Shown: positions 38,487 through 47,905, numbered from the stretch's first letter. The stretch is DNA of 64,000 nucleotides from SAR202 cluster bacterium (GCA_009391535.1 VFHP01000023.1:11578-75577); one strand, 5' to 3'. The notes: generated by a model from the sequence alone, not told the origin. Translations and numbers: made by a program.

Positions 38487-38840
38487 TTACATGGCTATCT
38501 CTCCTCTTTCTCCACTGCTTACTCTTATTACGTCCGTTACAGGAGACACGAAGATTTTTCCATCTCCAATATTGCCTCCGTTTGGACTCCTAGCTGCCTC
38601 TATTACAGCATCAATTACTTTGTCAACAATGGATTCATCAACCACAGTCGTTATCAACGTTTTCGGCACTGCTGACTTTGTGGTAGTTTGACCTCCCCTT
38701 CCTGTAATCACCTCAACTCCTCCTTGCCTACCTTGTCCAGTTATGTTGGCATAGTAGTACCCAGTGCACCCAGACGCATCCAATGCTTCTGTCACTCCTC
38801 CTATTCGTTCAGGTCTAACAATTATCTCTATCTTAATCAT
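38487..38840 (-). CDS. glnK: P-II nitrogen regulatory protein (GlnK-like) with atypical T-loop
   Basis: MIKIEIIVRP, GQGRQ, GDGKIFV motifs. Immediately downstream of amt. Confidence 0.85.
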   Translation of the reverse strand: MIKIEIIVRPERIGGVTEALDASGCTGYYYANITGQGRQGGVEVITGRGGQTTTKSAVPKTLITTVVDESIVDKVIDAVIEAARSPNGGNIGDGKIFVSPVTDVIRVSSGERGEIAM

Positions 38841-38887
38841 ACTCAGTACTCCCTTCCATCATTAGGTGGATTACAAATTTGTTTGGA

Positions 38888-40099
38888 TTAATCAGCACCA
38901 TCTCTCACAAAGGCCCGCTCACCATGAGAAGAAATATCGAGCCCATTATCCTCTTCTGTTTCACTAACTCTTAGACCTAATCCAGGTATCTTGTCAAGTA
39001 CGAATAATATAGCAAGAGTAACTATTAGAGAATATACCAATGTGGCTACTACTCCAATTACTTGTATCCCCATCACTCCTGCGTTGCCCTCTATAACTCC
39101 CGCTGTGCCGCCGATGGCTTCGACTGCAAATACTCCAGTTAATAGTGCTCCAATTATTCCGCCAAGTCCATGAACTGCGAAAACATCGAGAGCATCATCA
39201 AGGCCCATGCCTTTAATTATGTCGACTGCGAACAAACATATTGAGCCTGCTGCGAAACCAATAGCAAGCGCTCCCATTACACCTACAAAACCGGATGCCG
39301 GGGTTATAGCAACTAGACCAGCTACTGCACCTGTAGCTACTCCTACTGCACTCATTTTGCCGGTCCTAAAGTGGGAGATGAGCCCCCAGGTCAACGCTGC
39401 CGTTGCAGCTGCTGCATTGGTAACTACAAATGCACTTACAGCCCGTGCGTCTGCGGCTAACTCTGATCCTGCGTTGAATCCGAACCATCCAAACCACAGA
39501 AGACCAGCACCTAATACAACATAAGGTACATTATGTGGTTCTAACCCGGGGTTTCTTCGTTTACCAACCATTATTGCAGCTGCTACAGCTGCTACACCTG
39601 CGTTTATGTGAACTACAGTACCGCCGGCAAAGTCCAGTGCACCATCATTAAATAACCAACCGTCTCCTGCCCAGACCCAATGGCAAATTGGGGCATATAC
39701 TAGTGTTAACCATAGTACGAGGAACACCAAATATGTACTAAATTTAAACCTTTCTACGAAGGCACCAGTAATAAGTGCAGGCGTTATAATAGCAAACATT
39801 CCTTGGAATACTACAAATAGCAGCGTTGGTATACCTCCGCTTTCTTCATCGAATGGAATGTTGCTCAAGCCTATAAAATCAAAGTTTCCTATATAGGCTC
39901 CTCCAGGTCCGAACGCTAGACTGTAACCCCACAATATCCAAACTACGGTTGCTACAGCCATTGCAATAAAACTATACATGATGGTACTGACCACGTTTTT
40001 AGCTCTGACTAGGCCTCCGTAGAAGAAAGCCAGTCCTGGTGTCATTAATAACACAAGAGCTGATGCGGTCAACATCCATGCTATACTTCCTGAATCCAT
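38888..40099 (-). CDS. amt: ammonium transporter
   Basis: FFYGGLVR, DFAGGTVVHINAG, VHGLGGIIGALLTG motifs, 11 or more TM segments. AGGAGG upstream. Confidence 0.95.
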   Translation of the reverse strand: MDSGSIAWMLTASALVLLMTPGLAFFYGGLVRAKNVVSTIMYSFIAMAVATVVWILWGYSLAFGPGGAYIGNFDFIGLSNIPFDEESGGIPTLLFVVFQGMFAIITPALITGAFVERFKFSTYLVFLVLWLTLVYAPICHWVWAGDGWLFNDGALDFAGGTVVHINAGVAAVAAAIMVGKRRNPGLEPHNVPYVVLGAGLLWFGWFGFNAGSELAADARAVSAFVVTNAAAATAALTWGLISHFRTGKMSAVGVATGAVAGLVAITPASGFVGVMGALAIGFAAGSICLFAVDIIKGMGLDDALDVFAVHGLGGIIGALLTGVFAVEAIGGTAGVIEGNAGVMGIQVIGVVATLVYSLIVTLAILFVLDKIPGLGLRVSETEEDNGLDISSHGERAFVRDGAD

Positions 40100-40161
40100 A
40101 TGGATAACCTCCTACCTTAGAGTATTTTGTGATAATAATGCATCTATCCTATTCCGATGAT

Positions 40162-40188
40162 GTTACGTAACAGTTACAAATATGTTAA
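40162..40188 (-). promoter_or_regulatory. three phased GTTAC/GTTAA boxes upstream of amt (candidate response-regulator site)
   Basis: GTTAC-n6-GTTAC-n6-GTTAA with 11-bp periodicity, abutting the -35 position relative to a TATTAT -10 (40137-40132 on the minus strand). Confidence 0.4.
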
Positions 40189-40348
40189 ATAATTAAGAAC
40201 AGGCAGTTTTAGAATCATATTCAAAATCGATGTCCACTTTGTGAAGTGTTGAACTAACTGTACCACTATGATAGACTCACCTGCAGCGTGGATTGTGTAT
40301 GATCTTCAATGTTCATTCAAGATTGACCGCGCTTTAATAGGAGGATAA

Positions 40349-40870
40349 GTGAACAAGATTTCTATCTTATCAAGTTTGTTGTTAGTAATAGTAGTGTCCT
40401 CTTTAGCATGTGGAGGTGATAATACGACCGTTCCGACAAAAGCGACTGAACCGGCTTCTACTAGTGCCCCAGCTCCGGCTGCTACATCTGCACCAACTGC
40501 GGCACCGACCGCAGCACCAACCGCAGCACCAACCGCAGCTCCAGTGGCTGATTCCGCTGGATCAACCGACTCGTCGTCCTCAGGAACAGATGCTGCTTCT
40601 GGACAGGAACTGTCTGTTAGTAAAGGCTGTGTGGCATGCCATAGTATAGATGGCACTGCTATAATAGGACCGTCTTGGAAGGGTTTGTATGGATCGCAGG
40701 AAGCATTAGAGGATGGATCTACCGTAACTGTGGACGATGCGTACATAAAGGAATCTATACTTAATCCTACCATCAAAATAACGAAAGGCTATCAACCGCT
40801 AATGCCAGTTTTACCGGTTAGTGATGAAGAGATAGCTGCGATTACTGCTTACATAAAATCTCTTAAGTAG
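40349..40870 (+). CDS. lipoprotein class I c-type cytochrome with Ala/Pro/Thr linker
   Basis: GTG start after AGGAGG, signal peptide with lipobox SLACG, (APTA)n linker, heme site CVACH, distal Met in PLMP. Confidence 0.85.
   Translation: MNKISILSSLLLVIVVSSLACGGDNTTVPTKATEPASTSAPAPAATSAPTAAPTAAPTAAPTAAPVADSAGSTDSSSSGTDAASGQELSVSKGCVACHSIDGTAIIGPSWKGLYGSQEALEDGSTVTVDDAYIKESILNPTIKITKGYQPLMPVLPVSDEEIAAITAYIKSLK
40490..40537 (+). repeat. 12-nt in-frame tandem repeat (x4) encoding (APTA)n
   Basis: GCACCAACTGCG / GCACCGACCGCA / GCACCAACCGCA / GCACCAACCGCA, inside the cytochrome c linker. Confidence 0.9.
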
Positions 40871-40890
40871 CCTTCTCATTACCCAACCTT

Positions 40891-40931
40891 TAAAAAGAGG
40901 GTCTCTAATACACCATTAGGGCTCTCTTTTT
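40891..40931. terminator. possible bidirectional terminator between cytochrome c and larB
   Basis: AAAAAGAGGGTCT..AGGGCTCTCTTTTT imperfect hairpin (several G-U pairs) flanked by A and T runs. Confidence 0.35.
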
Positions 40932-41640
40932 ATTTAGGATTTGTGATAGAAAGATTAATGGTAGCGGCCATGTACCCTGCACCGAATCCGTTATCGATAT
41001 TTACTACAGCTATTCCTGGACTGCAAGAATTCAGCATAGTGAGAAGAGCTGATAAACCTTCAAAATTAGCACCATAACCCACGCTAGTTGGTACAGCTAT
41101 TACAGGAGCAGATACCAGCCCTGCTACTAGACTAGGCAGAGCACCTTCCATTCCAGCTACAGCTACTATCACATTCGAGTTTTGGAGTGTTTCCAATTTA
41201 GATATTAGTCTATGTAATCCTGCTATACCTACATCCCAGACTCTTTCAACTTTGCACCCCATAAACTCGGATATTACAGCAGCCTCTTCGGCAACAGGAA
41301 TGTCTGATGTTCCTGCGGCAACTACTGTAAGACCCTCCTTTAGTTCTTCCGTCGGCGGATGTCCAATGGTTATATATTTGGCGGTTTGGTTGTATTCAGC
41401 TTCAGGAATGTGGGGTTTTACGTAATCATAAATTTCTGGTTCAGCTCTGCTGATCATTATGCGCGAGGTTTTGTCTAGCATCGCTGTTGCTATTGCCAAT
41501 ATTTGTTCAGGTGTTTTTCCAGGACAGTAAATGACTTCAGGGAATCCGGTACGTATTTCTCTATGATGATCAACTTTTGCGAAGTCAAGGTCTTGGAAAG
41601 GCAGTGTTCGGAGAACATGTAAACACTCTTCGATTGCCAT
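40930..41640 (-). CDS. larB: nickel-pincer cofactor biosynthesis protein LarB (PurE-like NaAD carboxylase/hydrolase)
   Basis: DHHREIRTGFPEVIYCPGKT N-terminal domain plus a PurE-like VVAAGTSD..AVAGMEGALPS..PTSVGYG core. Confidence 0.75.
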   Translation of the reverse strand: MAIEECLHVLRTLPFQDLDFAKVDHHREIRTGFPEVIYCPGKTPEQILAIATAMLDKTSRIMISRAEPEIYDYVKPHIPEAEYNQTAKYITIGHPPTEELKEGLTVVAAGTSDIPVAEEAAVISEFMGCKVERVWDVGIAGLHRLISKLETLQNSNVIVAVAGMEGALPSLVAGLVSAPVIAVPTSVGYGANFEGLSALLTMLNSCSPGIAVVNIDNGFGAGYMAATINLSITNPK

Positions 41641-41795
41641 TTCGCCACTTTGAACTTTAAGGAGGATATTATTTAGTTTGTTTGTGTCTATTTTATGCTC
41701 CCAAACACATATAATGTAATCATGCGGTAAACTTTCTGGGGAAGTACGAGCCGACTAATTCTTCCATTATCATTACTCTTGGGTAGTCCGAAGGT

Positions 41796-42752
41796 TTATT
41801 TAGTATTGGAGGGTTTGTCGGGACTCTCTAAGTAACCGAACAGATCACTTTCGGACGATAACACTACTGTTGTACCGTCTGCCAAGGCTTTGCCGTAAGC
41901 TTCCAGGCTACGTCTAAAGGCAAAAAACTCAGGATCTTTTTCCAATGCTTCAGCAAGGACTGCGATGGCTTGTGCTTCACCTTCACCACGGAGTTTATTT
42001 GCCTTTTGATTTGCATCAGCCGTAATTATTCTGACGTTTTTATCTACATCTGCCGTTATAGTAAGGTACTGTTCTTCACCTTCAGCCCTAAGTTTTTGAG
42101 CCTGTACTGCTCTCTCAGTTCTCATACGCTGGAAGACGCTGGCTTCTGTCGCGGATGGGAACTCAGATCTTTTTATTCTGACATCGTCAATTATTACACC
42201 GAAGTCTGCTTCAGCGGTAATCTTGGTTCTTTCTAAGACTCTGCTTCTCAATGCTTCTCGGGCAAAAGACCCAGATGATTCATCGACCCTAGGCTTAACT
42301 ATTATTGTTCCGTCTTCGAGGTTAATTGGATCACCTCCGATAATGTCTCTTCTGTCACGCAGACCTATTTCTGCCCTAAGTGCAGCTATAGCTAGATTGC
42401 CTATTCTAGCACTCGCGGTATCTTGGTCTCTCAGAGTTTCAAGGAAAGCTTGTGGATCGGTTATTCTGTATCTGACGTATGCGTCTATTTCCAGAAATTG
42501 ACTTTCCTTGTCTGGCATTGCTGCAGTAGGAACGTTTATCCTAAGAAGCCTTTTATCAAATCTTGTCACAGATTCTATAGGGGATTTGAATTGTAATCCA
42601 GGTTCTGATACTACAGACTGAACGTTACCGAATCGGGTTATTACGGCATGTTCTGTTTGATCTACCGTATACAAAACCCCGTAACCAACCAGTTGGGCAA
42701 ACACGGCCGCAAAAACTACTGCACCTAGTAATATAGTCAGTATCCTAATCAT
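41796..42752 (-). CDS. hflC: protease modulator HflC (SPFH/band-7)
   Basis: N-terminal TM, SPFH domain, Ala/Glu-rich coiled region. 4-nt overlap with hflK. Confidence 0.85.
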   Translation of the reverse strand: MIRILTILLGAVVFAAVFAQLVGYGVLYTVDQTEHAVITRFGNVQSVVSEPGLQFKSPIESVTRFDKRLLRINVPTAAMPDKESQFLEIDAYVRYRITDPQAFLETLRDQDTASARIGNLAIAALRAEIGLRDRRDIIGGDPINLEDGTIIVKPRVDESSGSFAREALRSRVLERTKITAEADFGVIIDDVRIKRSEFPSATEASVFQRMRTERAVQAQKLRAEGEEQYLTITADVDKNVRIITADANQKANKLRGEGEAQAIAVLAEALEKDPEFFAFRRSLEAYGKALADGTTVVLSSESDLFGYLESPDKPSNTK

Positions 42753-43825
42753 GGCTCCACCACCTTTACATCGGCATCATCCGTCAGTGGTAGAAATTGT
42801 AGAAGGTTTCCATTTGCGTCTTCGGTTAATACGAACTTCCTGACACCAGGAAGGATTTCCTCCATAGCTTCGAGGTACAATCGTTGTCTCGTTACCTCTT
42901 TAGATTTGTTATATTCTTCCAACACAGAATCAAATCTATCAGCTTCACCTGTGGCTATGGCAACTTTTTCTGCTTTGAATGCTTCTGCTCCTTGTATTAT
43001 TACTCTTGCCTCTCCTTGTGCCTTGGGTAGCCGGTCTTGCTCGTAAGCGTTCGCCTCGTTAATGCGACTTTCCTTATCCACCCTCGCGTTAACAACATCA
43101 TCGAAAGCTGCCCTAACTTCATCTGGCGGTCTGACAGTCTGTAGTGCAACATTCAAGATTTGAAGACCTGCTTCATACTCATCCAGTATTTCTTGCAGTT
43201 TTATACTGGTGTCAGATTCGACTTCTTCTCTGCGTGTTACCAATATATCGTCTATGCTTCTTTGTCCAACCACTTGCCTAAGCGAAGCCTCTGTGGCATC
43301 TTTCAATGTTCGACCATCTGGTAAACCAGGTTGGACATCTCTAAGTGTTTCACCCGGGTCGTCTACACGAAACAGATATTTTTCTAGGTCTCCAATTTTG
43401 TACTGTACTACCATCTGAACATTCACAATGTTGAGGTCTCCAGTAATCATCAAGGCTTCTTCGGATTGGTCTGTTACAGTGCCAGTTGCAGTGGTAAAGA
43501 AGCCTAATTCCATGCTACGAGTGTTCATTACGTCCACGATGGTTTTTTTACCTATTGGACCAGGGAAGTACCAGTGCAATCCGGGTCCTTGTATGGTTTG
43601 GAAAGCTCCGAAAAGTTGTAATGCTGCTCTTTCTCTGGGTCCTACCGTATATACACCGGTTCCTAACCAGAGCAACGTTAGTAGTAAAATCGCTCCGAGG
43701 CCTATAATCTTCATTCCACCACCACCAAATCGTTGGGCAACACGACCTATACCAGCACCAATTTTATTGATGATTTCTTCAACTTTAATTTCCGGCTGTT
43801 GCCGCGATCCGCCAGGTTCAAACAT
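42749..43825 (-). CDS. hflK: protease modulator HflK (SPFH/band-7)
   Basis: Gly-rich N-terminus, TM, SPFH domain (VDKESRINEANAYEQD..AEGEA). Confidence 0.85.
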   Translation of the reverse strand: MFEPGGSRQQPEIKVEEIINKIGAGIGRVAQRFGGGGMKIIGLGAILLLTLLWLGTGVYTVGPRERAALQLFGAFQTIQGPGLHWYFPGPIGKKTIVDVMNTRSMELGFFTTATGTVTDQSEEALMITGDLNIVNVQMVVQYKIGDLEKYLFRVDDPGETLRDVQPGLPDGRTLKDATEASLRQVVGQRSIDDILVTRREEVESDTSIKLQEILDEYEAGLQILNVALQTVRPPDEVRAAFDDVVNARVDKESRINEANAYEQDRLPKAQGEARVIIQGAEAFKAEKVAIATGEADRFDSVLEEYNKSKEVTRQRLYLEAMEEILPGVRKFVLTEDANGNLLQFLPLTDDADVKVVEP

Positions 43826-43948
43826 TCTCTAGATAGCTCCTTTAGCGAGTATATGTATTTTTACTACAAGATCAATTATAGACTAAGAACACAATAAAAT
43901 AAATAGCGAAAGCACTTAGATTCCCGCCTTCTCAGTTGTTTCATTGGT

Positions 43949-44611
43949 TTAAGCAACTGGTTGGAAGCTTAGTAGAAAGCCAAATATTGCATATAGCAGG
44001 ATTATGAACCCGAGTTCTGCTCTGTCAAATAGTGCAGATTTGACATCTGCTCCCTTGGTCTTCTGCCAATAGGAGTTAAGTGTTGTTTGTGCTAATAGAA
44101 TCGCGGTTATTACTAGAGAGATTTGAATTATTTCTATGGTCAGTATGCTAAGACCACTAGTGACTCCATAAGACGTGACCGCCAGAGTAAAATTCAATAT
44201 GATCAACAATAATGATAAAACAGGAGAGAACTGTGTTTCTATTTCTTCTTTATCGGCCAGGATTCTTATAGTTTGCAGATGGTTGTAGAGCCTGAATAGA
44301 CCGTAGATCGGTACCAGAAAAGTGAGCGAGTGCCAAACGGGATAGTGATTGTTGTTCGTTTCACCATCCATCTGCTTCCAAGTCAGATATAGCCAATACA
44401 GTATATATGCTCCGAAAGTTATGATTGTTAGGCACACTATTCTAGTGTTAGTAAGGATTAATGTATTGTCACTACTTGCTTCAGAGTTCTGATTTTCTGT
44501 ATTAGGCGGTAGCATTTTATTTCCGCATAGCCTGCAGTAAACGGACGTTGGATAGCTTAAGGTTCCGCACGCAGGACACGATTTATTCGACAACGCCAAT
44601 CTCCCAACCAC
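43949..44611 (-). CDS. zinc-ribbon membrane protein (DUF4234-like TM domain)
   Basis: N-terminal CPACG..x12..CRLCG ribbon followed by 4-5 TM segments, with an FGAYILYWLY motif. Confidence 0.5.
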   Translation of the reverse strand: MVGRLALSNKSCPACGTLSYPTSVYCRLCGNKMLPPNTENQNSEASSDNTLILTNTRIVCLTIITFGAYILYWLYLTWKQMDGETNNNHYPVWHSLTFLVPIYGLFRLYNHLQTIRILADKEEIETQFSPVLSLLLIILNFTLAVTSYGVTSGLSILTIEIIQISLVITAILLAQTTLNSYWQKTKGADVKSALFDRAELGFIILLYAIFGFLLSFQPVA

Positions 44612-44692
44612 AGGGGCTCTAACCTTGGGACACTGTCATTCAGTGTTGGTATGGGCCCCGAGTTATCTGATTCTAATTGGTAGTATTTAGTA

Positions 44693-45076
44693 TTACTGTA
44701 GGGCTACTACAGCGCCAGCTTCTTCCAGTTTCGCTTTAACTTCTTCAGCAGCCTCTTTTGTTATACCTTCTTTTACTGTCTGAGGGGCCCCCTCTACTAA
44801 GTCTTTGGCTTCTTTCAAGCCAAGTGTAGTAACTTCTCTTACACCTTTTATGACGTTTATCTTATTAGGTCCGATCTCTTGAAGTACTACGTCAAACTCA
44901 GTTTTTTCTTCCGAGTCAGATGCTGCTGCTGGAGCTGCTGCCCCTGCTGGAGCTGCTGCTACTGCAACAGGTGCTGCAGCCGTTACTCCAAACTCCTCTT
45001 CCAGTGCTTTTACTAACTCTGACAATTCTAATACTGACATACTTTTAACTGCTTCCAACATCTCGTCTTTATTCAT
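44693..45076 (-). CDS. rplL: 50S ribosomal protein L7/L12
   Basis: [19 protein letters not shown], Ala-rich hinge, [11 protein letters not shown]. Confidence 0.97.
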   Translation of the reverse strand: MNKDEMLEAVKSMSVLELSELVKALEEEFGVTAAAPVAVAAAPAGAAAPAAASDSEEKTEFDVVLQEIGPNKINVIKGVREVTTLGLKEAKDLVEGAPQTVKEGITKEAAEEVKAKLEEAGAVVALQ

Positions 45077-45104
45077 GATAAATCTCCTTATATAGTAAAT
45101 GTTG

Positions 45105-45626
45105 TTACTGTATCTGTTCCAATCTACGTTGAAGTACTACTGCTAGATTCCTGTATGGCGCATTTAATACGTTTACAAGGCTTGTTATAGGTGACTGAAT
45201 TTGGCCCACGAGTTTTGCTATTAATTCACCCTTAGAAGGAAGGGATGCTAACTGAATCACTTGGTTGCTACCAAGTATATCGTTATTCATCATGGCTCCA
45301 TGGATTTCCAATGGTAACCGAGCAGTGGTTATATAGTTATTTATCCCCTTAGCTACAGCTTGTGCATCTCCATAACCGAATGCAAATCCTGTAGGCCCAT
45401 CCAATAATTCATTGATTCTGTTTTTGCCTGCCTCTGCTGCAGCTAGTAGAGTTAGTGTATTTTTTACAACCACATACTCTATGTTTTGCCCTCGCATTTC
45501 GGATCTCAAATTATTCATATCCGTGGCGGACATTCCTGTATAACCGGTGGCTATCGCTATAGTGCAATTCTCTAGTCTGTTCTTTATCTCTTCTACTTGT
45601 TTTTCTTTTTCTGGAGTTGGCATCAC
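45105..45626 (-). CDS. rplJ: 50S ribosomal protein L10
   Basis: Position between rplA and rplL. 173 aa with VVKNTL motif. Confidence 0.95.
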   Translation of the reverse strand: MMPTPEKEKQVEEIKNRLENCTIAIATGYTGMSATDMNNLRSEMRGQNIEYVVVKNTLTLLAAAEAGKNRINELLDGPTGFAFGYGDAQAVAKGINNYITTARLPLEIHGAMMNNDILGSNQVIQLASLPSKGELIAKLVGQIQSPITSLVNVLNAPYRNLAVVLQRRLEQIQ

Positions 45627-45766
45627 TCTCCTAACAAAAATTAGACTCCTCGATGCAGAATATCGGGGAGTCTAAATATAGTGGTCACTTATTTTCCCTG
45701 TCATTCTGCCTGGGCAGGATTTACATTTTAAGGTTCTTCAACCTCCTACTTTCTTCGGCATGTGTA
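45627..45766 (-). promoter_or_regulatory. rplJ (L10) leader with terminator-like hairpin
   Basis: 140-nt rplA-rplJ spacer. On the minus-strand RNA, a 9-bp stem TTAGACTCC/GGAGTCTAA (45641-45675) with an inner CGAT/ATCG helix is followed by AUUUUUGUU and then the rplJ SD. Confidence 0.45.
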
Positions 45767-46477
45767 CTAGTTATTTACATTAGTTATCCTTGACAGATCT
45801 AGTTTGATACTAGGCCCCATGGTTGTCGTAAGATAGGCGGTCTTGATAAAATTACCTTTAACGCCAGACGGTTTTGAGCTTATGACGGTTTCTACAAGAG
45901 CGTTCATGTTTTCTAACAACATATGGGTTTCAAAACTTACTTTGCCTAATGGTACATGTATTATTGCGGTCCTGTCCAGTCTGAACTCTATTCTTCCCTG
46001 TTTAGCTTCTTTTATGGCTCTGCCAAAATCTTCAGGTTGTACAACTGTTCCAGTTCTTGGGTTAGGCATCAACCCTTTTCTCCCCAGAACTCTCCCCAGC
46101 CTGCTAATTTTACCCATCAGATCTGGAGTGGCAATTGCGACATCAAAATCCAGCCAACCTTCCGCTACTTTGTCTATTAATTCGTCATCACCCACGTAAT
46201 CTGCTCCTGAACTTGTGGCAATAGAGGCCCCTTCTCCAGAAGCAAAAACCAACACTCTTATTTCTTTGCCAAGACCATGGGGTAGTAACGCCACACCTCT
46301 CACAAGCTGATCTGCGTGGCGAGGATCGGAATTAGTTCGTAGATGAAGTTCCACTGTTTCATCGAACTTAGCGTTAGATGTTTCCTTTGCTAGGTCTAAG
46401 GCTTCTTCAGGTGAGTAATCTTTGTCTTCGACTATAGATATAGCGGCTTCTATATAACGTTTTCCTCTTTGTCCCAT
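45767..46477 (-). CDS. rplA: 50S ribosomal protein L1
   Basis: [32 protein letters not shown] motifs. Confidence 0.97.
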   Translation of the reverse strand: MGQRGKRYIEAAISIVEDKDYSPEEALDLAKETSNAKFDETVELHLRTNSDPRHADQLVRGVALLPHGLGKEIRVLVFASGEGASIATSSGADYVGDDELIDKVAEGWLDFDVAIATPDLMGKISRLGRVLGRKGLMPNPRTGTVVQPEDFGRAIKEAKQGRIEFRLDRTAIIHVPLGKVSFETHMLLENMNALVETVISSKPSGVKGNFIKTAYLTTTMGPSIKLDLSRITNVNN

Positions 46478-46494
46478 TATGTCTTTCCCTTTAC

Positions 46495-46920
46495 TTAATC
46501 TGTTATTGTGACGCCCATGCTACGAGCTGTTCCTGCTATAATTTTCTCAGCGGATTCAACGTCTGGGGCATTCAAATCTGTCAGTTTAACTTGAGCGATT
46601 TCTCTCAATGCCTGTCTAGATATACTGCCAACAGACTGATTAAGAGCAGAAGAACTCCCTTTGTCTATACCTGCAGATTTCCTGATAAGGTCCGATGCCG
46701 GAGGGGTTCTTGTTACAAATGTGAAAGACCTGTCCTCGAATATGGTTATATGTACTGGTACTATGGTTCCTTCTTTAGAACCAGTTTGTTCATTGTAAGC
46801 TTTTACAAATTCCATTATGTTAACTCCATGTTGCCCCAAGGCTGGTCCAACTGGAGGGGCTGGAGTGGCTTTGCCGGCCTCTATCTGAAGTTTTACAATT
46901 GCTCGTACTTTCTTTGCCAT
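46495..46920 (-). CDS. rplK: 50S ribosomal protein L11
   Basis: [29 protein letters not shown] motif. Confidence 0.97.
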   Translation of the reverse strand: MAKKVRAIVKLQIEAGKATPAPPVGPALGQHGVNIMEFVKAYNEQTGSKEGTIVPVHITIFEDRSFTFVTRTPPASDLIRKSAGIDKGSSSALNQSVGSISRQALREIAQVKLTDLNAPDVESAEKIIAGTARSMGVTITD

Positions 46921-46931
46921 AAATAATTCTC

Positions 46932-47492
46932 CTAGAGTTTTTCAACCTGTAAGAAGTCAAGTTCAACAGGTGTTTCTCTACCAAAGAAAGACACGAGTAT
47001 ACTAAGTTTACCTCGATCTGTCATTACCTGATCCACAACCCCTATGAAATCTGTGAAAGGACCATCTGTAATACGCACACTTTGGCCTTCTGTGTATCCA
47101 ACTTTAACCCTAGGTGCTTCAGCTTCCATTTGGCTGAGTATTTTTTCAACCTCGTGTTCTTCAAGAGGAACTGGCTTTGGTCTACTTTCGGCCTCATCTT
47201 CTGAAGACACGAATCCAGTAACCCCTGGTGTGTTTCTGACTACATGCCAACTGTCGTCGTCCATATTCATCTGGACGAGAATATACCCGGGGAAGACCTT
47301 TTTCTTGACAGATTTTCGTTTGCCTTCTTTTATCTCGATCTCTGGTTCGGTCGGTATTACAACCTGAAAGATTTTATCATTAACGTCCATCGAAGCGACT
47401 CTTTGATCTAAGTTCCTCTTTACTCTCTCTTCTTGGCCAGAGTAGGTGTGAATGATATACCAACGATCTTCTTTATTACTTGTAGTGCTCAT
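46932..47492 (-). CDS. nusG: transcription termination/antitermination factor NusG
   Basis: [17 protein letters not shown] domain, KOW motif [15 protein letters not shown]. Confidence 0.95.
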   Translation of the reverse strand: MSTTSNKEDRWYIIHTYSGQEERVKRNLDQRVASMDVNDKIFQVVIPTEPEIEIKEGKRKSVKKKVFPGYILVQMNMDDDSWHVVRNTPGVTGFVSSEDEAESRPKPVPLEEHEVEKILSQMEAEAPRVKVGYTEGQSVRITDGPFTDFIGVVDQVMTDRGKLSILVSFFGRETPVELDFLQVEKL

Positions 47493-47494
47493 TT

Positions 47495-47734
47495 TTATAC
47501 TAACAATCTGAACAACTGTCCGAATCCTATGTCCAGCGCTCCTAATATTACTCCGACGACCGCAGATACAACCATTACTAGTATTGATAACCGAGTGGCC
47601 TGTTCACGTGTCGGCCATACGACTCTTCTCAGTTCCCCAATAGTTTGCCTGAAAAAACCCGTTCCAAAACCCCTGCTCAATTCAGGTGATGTTTTTGGAG
47701 ATCTTGCGGCACGTCTGTCAGATGCTCTTGCCAT
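47495..47734 (-). CDS. secE: preprotein translocase subunit SecE
   Basis: 79 aa, ELRRVVWPTREQ followed by a single TM. Sits between rpmG and nusG. Confidence 0.9.
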   Translation of the reverse strand: MARASDRRAARSPKTSPELSRGFGTGFFRQTIGELRRVVWPTREQATRLSILVMVVSAVVGVILGALDIGFGQLFRLLV

Positions 47735-47905
47735 CTATCTCACTTCTCTATGTGATTTATGTTGTCTGCAACGAGGACAGTATTTAGACAGTTCCATTCG
47801 CTGCGGATCACTTCTCTGATTCTTAATTGTAGTGTAGTTTCTCTCCCGGCAGTCGCTACACGCCAATGTGATGATAGGTCTTACGTCTCCTCTTTTCCTT
47901 GCCAT
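47735..47905 (-). CDS. rpmG: 50S ribosomal protein L33
   Basis: Not in the ORF track (56 aa). Hand translation gives [56 protein letters not shown] with two CxxC pairs. Its stop abuts the secE start. Confidence 0.9.
   Translation of the reverse strand: MARKRGDVRPIITLACSDCRERNYTTIKNQRSDPQRMELSKYCPRCRQHKSHREVR

Noticed and set aside
40180-40190. ATATGTTAAAT resembles the XerD arm of a dif site (TTATGTTAAAT).
   Set aside because: The 17 nt to its left show no XerC arm or CATAA half-palindrome. The match is better explained as part of the phased GTTAC/GTTAA array upstream of amt.
44921-44980. A GCTGCTGCTGGAGCTGCTGC repeat-like stretch.
   Set aside because: It encodes the Ala-rich hinge of L7/L12 ([12 protein letters not shown]) on the minus strand. 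This is ordinary low-complexity coding sequence, not a CRISPR or regulatory repeat.
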